DNA of 5,119 bases, taken from NCBI GenBank assembly GCA_037444445.1, contig JBBIMK010000012.1, positions 20,957 to 26,075 on the forward strand, given 5' to 3'. Source of the DNA: a bacterium (GTDB lineage: Bacteria > UBP7 > UBA6624 > JBBIMK01). The translations under genes were made by a program, and so were the position numbers. Of this stretch, positions 1 through 3,647 are shown one piece after another. Below the pieces are notes generated by a model. It had not been told where the DNA came from, did not search any database, and saw nothing but the letters and a program-made list of their open reading frames with translations. Position 1 is the stretch's first letter, and each line of letters starts with the position of its first letter.

Positions 1-1706
1 GGGTCCACCCAGATGCCGTAAGCGTTGGTGCCCGTTCCGCCGGTGATGGTGTTGTCGTAAATCAGCGGGGCGGAGCCGTTGGAGGATTTCACGCCCACCG
101 AGGTGGTGGTGCCACCGCCGGAGGGGTCGCCTCCATCTATCGTATTATCCCGGATTTCCGGATTGGTGCCTGCATCTGCATTGAGAATGCCAGTGGTAAC
201 GGACCCTGCAACCCCGCCATGGATAGTATTCTCCACGATAAGTGGAGAGGCGCCAGCCAGGTTCTGTATCCCTATGCTTTGAGAAGCAGGCCCGGTGGCA
301 TTCCCGCCGGTAATGTCATTCCTGGAAATGGTGGGGCTACTATTTAAGTTAGTGATGGCAGCACTTGCTGCAACGGTCGCATCATCTCCGTTGAGTTGGA
401 GTTGCTCAATCAGAACGGCGGGAGAAAGGCCCAGGGTAGTGATGGCGGGTCCTCCAAGCCCTTTGATGACTGCGTTGAGCGTGCCCACCGGCAGGCGCGA
501 GAGGCAGAAATCGAACCAACCGCCGAGGAGGGAAACATCGGTGCCATTGGCAGCAGACAGGGTTATGGATTCGTGGTATTCCAGCGGGGGACCGAATGGA
601 AGACCGTCGATACGAATGGCGCCAATGCGAGGCAGGCTCGGGTTCATATTATTTGCGGAAACGACTTGCAGAGCGCGGTTTATCGTCTTGAACGGATTCG
701 CGGAAGAGCCGTCGCCCGTGGCATCGTCCCCGTTGATGCCGTCCACGCACAGGAAGCGGTCGGCATCCACTAACTTCACAGTGATGGAGAGGTTCTTCGT
801 GGTTGTTTCCGCAGGGGTGTCGCAATCGGTGACGCGCACGAGGAAGTCGTAGGTTCCCGGTGTGGTCGGCGTTCCCGTTATGGAGCCATCCGGGTTCAGC
901 GTCAAACCGGGCGGGAAGAAGCCGCTCTCAAACGCCAAATTATACGGAGGACCGGCGACGCACGGCACGCCGCCCTTCGCCTGCAACTGCTGGGAATAAG
1001 GCATGCCCACCTCGGCGTCTGGCAGAGGGGATTCGGTGGTAATCTGCAAGGGGTCAATGCAGGTAATCGTGAGCGATTGCGCATCGGACGCGGGCGGGAA
1101 CTGACTGTCAAAGACGCGCGCGGTGAAGGTGTAGGAACCGGTCGTGGTCGGCGTCCCTTCTATTTTGCCCGCCGTCTGGTTCAGGCTCAGCCCCGGAACG
1201 AGGTTGCCATCCATACTCCAGGTGTACGGCGGAAGGCCGCCGGTCACGAGGATTTCCGCCATATACGGCACGCCAACTTTGCAGGTCGGGAGCGTGGTAA
1301 TCGTGATGTTCAGTGGCCCGCCGGTGCCCGTCGGCGGTCCCACATTGATGGTGTATGAGCGCGACTCTTCACGCTGGGGCAAGTTGGAATCGCGCACGAC
1401 CACCGTGAAAGTGTAGGTCCCCTGCTGAATCGGCGTTCCATAAACCCGCCCGTTCGCTGGCTCAAACTGCAACCCGGGCGGCATATTGCCAATCAGACTC
1501 CAGAAATACGGCGGTTTCGCCTGGTTCGTCGTCCAGCGGAAGGAGAGGTTATACGGAGTGCCGACGAAAGCCGCAGGCGCGGTGGGCGGCTCAATGTTGG
1601 GCGAAGCCCCCGGCGGATAGGAGACCGGCGGACCTCCCCCCTCGCAAGATGTCAAAACGCCCAAAATAGCGAAGAAGAACGCACCATACACCCAAAATTT
1701 CCTCAT
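1..1706 (-). CDS. Secreted lipoprotein, partial (C-terminus cut by the window edge): signal peptide + lipobox, 3 tandem He_PIG/cadherin-like Ig domains, then a right-handed parallel beta-helix (DUF1565/PbH1-like) region
   Basis: Hand translation of the reverse complement from ATG at 1706..1704 gives 568 sense codons with no stop down to nt 3. It begins MRKFWVYGAFFFAILGVLTSCEGGGPPVSYPPG and ends ...PLIYDNTITGGTGTNAYGIWVD. The ORF is missing from the track only because it has no stop inside the window. An AGGAGG SD lies 8 nt upstream. The motif VDGINGDDATGDGSSANPFKTINRALQ is the typical entry motif of DUF1565/pectate-lyase-fold proteins. Confidence 0.85.
   Translation of the reverse strand, partial: MRKFWVYGAFFFAILGVLTSCEGGGPPVSYPPGASPNIEPPTAPAAFVGTPYNLSFRWTTNQAKPPYFWSLIGNMPPGLQFEPANGRVYGTPIQQGTYTFTVVVRDSNLPQREESRSYTINVGPPTGTGGPLNITITTLPTCKVGVPYMAEILVTGGLPPYTWSMDGNLVPGLSLNQTAGKIEGTPTTTGSYTFTARVFDSQFPPASDAQSLTITCIDPLQITTESPLPDAEVGMPYSQQLQAKGGVPCVAGPPYNLAFESGFFPPGLTLNPDGSITGTPTTPGTYDFLVRVTDCDTPAETTTKNLSITVKLVDADRFLCVDGINGDDATGDGSSANPFKTINRALQVVSANNMNPSLPRIGAIRIDGLPFGPPLEYHESITLSAANGTDVSLLGGWFDFCLSRLPVGTLNAVIKGLGGPAITTLGLSPAVLIEQLQLNGDDATVAASAAITNLNSSPTISRNDITGGNATGPASQSIGIQNLAGASPLIVENTIHGGVAGSVTTGILNADAGTNPEIRDNTIDGGDPSGGGTTTSVGVKSSNGSAPLIYDNTITGGTGTNAYGIWVD
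3..338 (-). repeat. Parallel beta-helix coils (about four 28-32 aa turns) at the truncated C-terminal end of the lipoprotein
   Basis: Periodic motif sP-x-I-x-x-N-x-I-x-GG: SPTISRNDITGG.., SPLIVENTIHGG.., NPEIRDNTIDGG.., APLIYDNTITGG.., each followed by a Gly/Thr/Ser-rich turn and a short hydrophobic strand. Confidence 0.6.
777..1577 (-). repeat. Three tandem protein-level repeats (~80-90 aa each) of a putative Ig (He_PIG / dystroglycan-type cadherin-like) domain inside the lipoprotein CDS
   Basis: The pattern hydrophobic-G-x-PY ... GG-x-PPY-x-W/F-S ... PPGL-x-L/F ... G-x-I/V-x-GTP-x-x-x-G-x-Y-x-F-x-V-x-V-x-D recurs three times. Copy 1: VGTPYNLSF..KPPYFWSLIGNMPPGLQFEPANGRVYGTPIQQGTYTFTVVVRD. 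Copy 2: VGVPYMAEI..GGLPPYTWSMDGNLVPGLSLNQTAGKIEGTPTTTGSYTFTARVFD. Copy 3: VGMPYSQQL..GPPYNLAFESGFFPPGLTLNPDGSITGTPTTPGTYDFLVRVTD. Confidence 0.7.
1644..1706 (-). other. Lipoprotein signal peptide with lipobox L-T-S-C (Cys21 is the predicted lipidation site)
   Basis: Basic N-terminus (MRK), hydrophobic core FWVYGAFFFAILGV, then LTS|C, which fits the [LVI][ASTVI][GAS]C lipobox. A Gly/Pro-rich linker (EGGGPPVSYPPGASPNIEPPTAP) follows. Confidence 0.75.
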
Positions 1707-1714
1707 TTCATATC

Positions 1715-1720
1715 CCTCCT
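1715..1720 (-). promoter_or_regulatory. Shine-Dalgarno AGGAGG for the lipoprotein gene
   Basis: The minus strand reads gaagAGGAGGgatatgaaATG, with an 8-nt spacer to the start codon. Confidence 0.75.
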
Positions 1721-1738
1721 CTTCATTACTGATTTTGG

Positions 1739-1767
1739 ATTTTATTATAAAGACACAGGTCTGTCAA
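1739..1767 (-). promoter_or_regulatory. Sigma70-type promoter for the lipoprotein gene: -35 TTGACA, 17-nt spacer, -10 TAAAAT
   Basis: The minus strand reads cgcTTGACAgacctgtgtctttataaTAAAATcc. -35 = 1767..1762 and -10 = 1744..1739. It sits in an AT-rich stretch about 35 nt upstream of the start codon. Confidence 0.55.
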
Positions 1768-2102
1768 GCGGGCAAGAATGGTAAGGCGGAATGCCCGAAC
1801 ATATCAGGCGGAATGATACTTTACAGGTTCCTGTGAAGGGCGCAGGAGGAACTGCCGCCACGGAACGGCGGACCACCAGCTTTGGGCGGTATCCATTCGG
1901 GAGGCACGGATTCGCGGCTACTTCAGGAGGGCTTCTATTTTTTGAACGAAGAGTTCAGGTGAGCGCAGACCACATATAGTATCACCGTTGCAAGGCTTCT
2001 TGTGGGGGTCGGCTGACGGTGCATTTCCGATTGTGCCGCGCAACCTGTACTGTTTCCGTGTCTGGAAAAACAAGGTGCTCAGAGTCTCCTTCAGGGCGGG
2101 GG

Positions 2103-2498
2103 CTACTCTTTGGGCGCCGGTCGCGCAAAAATGTCCGCCAATCGCACCTTTACCGCCTCAATTTCAAATGGCGTCAGTTTGTCCACAAAGTCCACGAGGA
2201 GGTCCTTTCGCACGGGCTGGAGGAGCGAGAGGACGATACGCGAGTCTTGGAGACGCGGATGGTTGGTTCGTAAGATGGTGACATCGTGGTATTTGTCAAA
2301 GTAGTCCATCTGAGTAGAGAGCGGTGCGATCAGGACCGTTGGCTGTTGAGGGTCGACTTTCAAGATGAAATCGCTGGTGAGGACGGCGACCGGTCGTGTA
2401 GTATGAGGGGTACGCGCGCCCCGTCCCGGCATCACGATGTCAGCGTCCCGTGCCAGCCAAATCTGACCCTGCTCCAGATGGATATGGGGCTGTTTCAA
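2103..2498 (-). CDS. MazF/PemK-fold toxin (putative sequence-specific endoribonuclease), 131 aa, TTG start
   Basis: By eye it aligns along its length with E. coli MazF. GQIWLA matches GDLIWVDF. TRPVAVLTS matches HRPAVVLS. VLIAPLSTQ matches LCVPCTTQ. The C-terminal helix LTPFEIEAVKVRLADIF matches VAPEELQLIKAKINVLIG. Equivalents of the MazF catalytic residues R29 and T52 are present (R35, S61/T62). It overlaps the upstream gene by 4 nt (TTGA). Confidence 0.8.
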   Translation of the reverse strand: MKQPHIHLEQGQIWLARDADIVMPGRGARTPHTTRPVAVLTSDFILKVDPQQPTVLIAPLSTQMDYFDKYHDVTILRTNHPRLQDSRIVLSLLQPVRKDLLVDFVDKLTPFEIEAVKVRLADIFARPAPKE

Positions 2499-3142
2499 TC
2501 GGGTGAGGCGCTAACCGAAGCCCTCAGGGGCTTCGTCTCCTCGTAAAGGGGGTCCAGCGCGCCAGTAGGCTCTTCGCCTCGTGGCAGAACCGTCTTTACG
2601 AATCCTTCCCATTCCGAAGCAAACCGGCGGAGGCCCGCTGGGCTCTTGAGCCGTTCAAACTCAATCAAATCGCCTTTTCGCGCAAGAACAACGGGCGGCA
2701 GGGTGTAAACAAGATTCATCGCCTGGTCCGGGCGCAAGCGACCCACAAGCCGAATGACTTCGTCGAGGATTTCTTTGGCCTCCGGGGAGAGCGACACCTT
2801 ACACGCGTGTCGGATGCGATGGAGCGAGCCCTTGTGGCTACCCTCCGATTCGTATGACACCCTTTCCAGAAGCCCCTCAATCTCCAATTCTTCTTGCGCT
2901 TCCCGGAGCCGCTCAGAGTATGGCCCATAATGATGCATCCTGAACGATGTGCCCGTCAGCGTATACCCATGCCTGAGAAAGTGGAGCCAGTCCGCAAGGA
3001 ACATCATCTTCTGGAACTTTACCTGCCCCTGCCGGTACGGTGCCCGACTCCAGAGGTAAAGGATCGCCGCTTTCAAGGGGTCTCTTATCGTCCGTTCAGG
3101 CTGGGGCTTTTGCTTTTCCATAGGTGCGTCCTTCAACCCCAT
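2495..3142 (-). CDS. Panacea-domain (DUF4065, SocA/GepA-like) protein, putative antitoxin, 215 aa
   Basis: The core KFQKMMFLADWLHFLRHGYTLTGTSFRMHHYGPYSERL matches the DUF4065 signature (K-x-x-K-hydrophobic-x-Y/F-h-A-D ... G-x-x-h-T-G ... a-Y-G-P-h). The downstream LSPEAKEILDEVIRLVG matches the second conserved helix region of that family. ATG at 3142, with AAGGAAGAG 4 nt upstream. Its position immediately upstream of a toxin-fold gene, with overlap, fits an antitoxin. Confidence 0.8.
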   Translation of the reverse strand: MGLKDAPMEKQKPQPERTIRDPLKAAILYLWSRAPYRQGQVKFQKMMFLADWLHFLRHGYTLTGTSFRMHHYGPYSERLREAQEELEIEGLLERVSYESEGSHKGSLHRIRHACKVSLSPEAKEILDEVIRLVGRLRPDQAMNLVYTLPPVVLARKGDLIEFERLKSPAGLRRFASEWEGFVKTVLPRGEEPTGALDPLYEETKPLRASVSASPD

Positions 3143-3146
3143 TTTA

Positions 3147-3155
3147 CTCTTCCTT
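3147..3155 (-). promoter_or_regulatory. Shine-Dalgarno AAGGAAGAG for the Panacea-domain gene
   Basis: The minus strand reads ccgcTAAGGAAGAGtaaaATG. The TAA here is also the stop codon of the upstream 55-codon ORF. Confidence 0.6.
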
Positions 3156-3321
3156 AGCGGGCCCGAATCACGAGGCGAGTGAACGTCCCCGCGCCACCTT
3201 GCTCGCCCTCTCCCGTATTCTTGGGTTCCTCAGCGATAAATTCAGCCCCCCATCTCCGGCACTCGCCGCGGGCGTTCGGCGTGTGGGTGTAAAGGGAGAT
3301 TTTTGTTTCTGTTGACATCAT
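3154..3321 (-). CDS. Candidate small ORF (55 aa, hypothetical), possibly the first gene of the toxin-antitoxin operon
   Basis: Hand translation gives MMSTETKISLYTHTPNARGECRRWGAEFIAEEPKNTGEGEQGGAGTFTRLVIRAR*. It falls below the 60-aa cutoff of the ORF track. The first ATG (3321) lies 6 nt downstream of the predicted -10 element. No SD precedes it, so the mRNA could be leaderless. Its stop codon is embedded in the SD of the next gene. I recognise no family and have no independent coding evidence. Confidence 0.3.
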   Translation of the reverse strand: MMSTETKISLYTHTPNARGECRRWGAEFIAEEPKNTGEGEQGGAGTFTRLVIRAR

Positions 3322-3340
3322 CTTATTACGATACCATAAA
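3312..3340 (+). promoter_or_regulatory. Weaker divergent promoter-like element: -35 TTGACA, 17-nt spacer, -10 CATAAA
   Basis: The plus strand reads gTTGACAtcatcttattacgatacCATAAAatc. The -35 is perfect, but the -10 lacks the conserved final T. Its -10 abuts the -10 of the minus-strand promoter. Confidence 0.25.
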
Positions 3341-3356
3341 ATCTGGAATTTTGCAA
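3328..3356 (-). promoter_or_regulatory. Promoter-like element for the minus-strand operon: -35 TTGCAA, 17-nt spacer, extended -10 TGgTATCGT
   Basis: The minus strand reads ggcTTGCAAaattccagattttaTGgTATCGTaataagATGATG. -35 = 3356..3351 and -10 = 3333..3328. I found no better promoter-like match between here and the ATG at 3142. Confidence 0.45.
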
Positions 3357-3374
3357 GCCCAGATGTCTTTTATC

Positions 3375-3387
3375 GGGGCTTCGCCCC
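3375..3387. other. Perfect GC hairpin GGGGC-ttc-GCCCC
   Basis: Read directly: a 5-bp all-GC stem with a 3-nt loop. Neither strand has a flanking U-tract, so it is not a canonical intrinsic terminator. Confidence 0.4.
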
Positions 3388-3553
3388 CTCCTCGCTGATT
3401 CAATTCTTCCCTCATTGAGTGCTGTCGTATTCAGGGGGGCGCGAATCCACACAGGAAGACTTCACGCTGTGAGGGACGCAGACGGTGGCCGAGCCAGGTG
3501 CGGAGTTTATCCCGTCGCTCGCGGTGAAGTCAATGCGATAAACGCATCCACCG

Positions 3554-3575
3554 TTTGGTGCCTGACCCCAAAAGG
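3554..3575. repeat. Copy 1 of a perfect 22-nt direct repeat TTTGGTGCCTGACCCCAAAAGG
   Basis: Identical to 5096..5117. It ends 7 nt upstream of the -35 hexamer of the ALDH promoter. It contains an internal TTTGG/CCAAA inverted pair. Confidence 0.95.
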
Positions 3576-3584
3576 GGGCATTTT
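3563..3584 (+). terminator. Weak terminator-like hairpin: TG(a)CCCC-aaaag-GGGGCA followed by TTTTG
   Basis: Read directly: a 6-bp stem with one bulge, followed by a run of four T. The 3' arm is not conserved in repeat copy 2 (GGTG...), which weakens a terminator interpretation. Confidence 0.2.
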
Positions 3585-3610
3585 GAAAAGCGAGGCGGAT
3601 GCATTAGAAT
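3583..3610 (+). promoter_or_regulatory. Sigma70-type promoter for the aldehyde dehydrogenase gene: -35 TTGAAA, 16-nt spacer, -10 TAGAAT
   Basis: The plus strand reads ttTTGAAAagcgaggcggatgcatTAGAATaagg. The -10 ends 37 nt before the ATG at 3648. Confidence 0.5.
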
Positions 3611-3630
3611 AAGGGTAGACGGCTATGACA

Positions 3631-3635
3631 GGGAG
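3631..3635 (+). promoter_or_regulatory. Shine-Dalgarno-like GGGAG for the aldehyde dehydrogenase gene
   Basis: GGGAGtgacgatagattATG. The 12-nt spacer is on the long side. Confidence 0.35.
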
Positions 3636-3647
3636 TGACGATAGATT

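Noticed and set aside
79-1492. Track ORFs 79..282+, 295..852+, 396..773+, 860..1042+, 902..1111-, 1077..1358+, 1144..1416+ and 1310..1492-
   Set aside because: All lie inside the 568-codon minus-strand lipoprotein ORF, either antisense or out of frame. Their products are Pro/Arg/Ser/Ala-rich and low in complexity, several start at non-ATG codons, and none has an SD. They are shadow frames of a GC-rich gene.
1791-2546. Track + strand ORFs 1791..1979, 1988..2281, 2019..2273, 2110..2304 and 2286..2546
   Set aside because: Those from 1988 onward overlap the MazF-like CDS in antisense, and 2286..2546 also overlaps the 3' end of the Panacea-domain CDS. 1791..1979 is intergenic. None has an SD or a recognisable domain, and all are Arg/Gly-rich. 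The minus-strand genes explain the open frames better.
2716-3157. Track ORFs 2716..2928- and 2894..3157+ inside the Panacea-domain gene
   Set aside because: They are out-of-frame or antisense overlaps of a CDS with clear family motifs. Their composition is highly basic and low in complexity.
3124-3315. Track ORF 3124..3315+ (63 aa, GTG start)
   Set aside because: It is antisense to the 55-codon minus ORF and overlaps the start and SD of the antitoxin gene. The product is Pro/Ser/Ala-rich, there is no SD, and nothing on the + strand would drive it. If anything here is coding, the minus-strand frame fits the operon architecture better.
3375-3387. The GGGGC-ttc-GCCCC hairpin as an intrinsic terminator
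   Set aside because: No U-tract follows it on either strand (CTCCTCGC on the plus strand, GATAAAAGA on the minus strand), and the stem is only 5 bp. I kept it only as a structural note.
3554-3590. On the minus strand the 22-nt repeat reads ...GGGGTCAGGCACCAAA, which resembles a tRNA 3' acceptor end (NCCA). That would suggest a tRNA-fragment att site of an integrative element.
   Set aside because: The preceding sequence (CCCCCTTTTGGGG) forms a stem with a 5-nt loop, not a 7-nt T-loop with the TTCRANY consensus. I could fold no D or anticodon arm, and no integrase gene is in the window.
3415-3612. Track ORF 3415..3612+ (65 aa, TTG start) in the ALDH upstream region
   Set aside because: It has no SD and a non-ATG start, and its Arg/Gly/Ala-rich sequence shows no motif. 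It runs across the 22-nt repeat and the ALDH promoter. I treat the region as non-coding.
3540-3647. Integron attC / gene-cassette interpretation of the repeats flanking the ALDH gene
   Set aside because: Neither copy has an RYYYAAC / GTTRRRY core-site pair in the expected arrangement (GTTTGGT fails the GTTRRRY consensus). The ALDH has its own promoter and is large for a cassette. No intI or attI is present.
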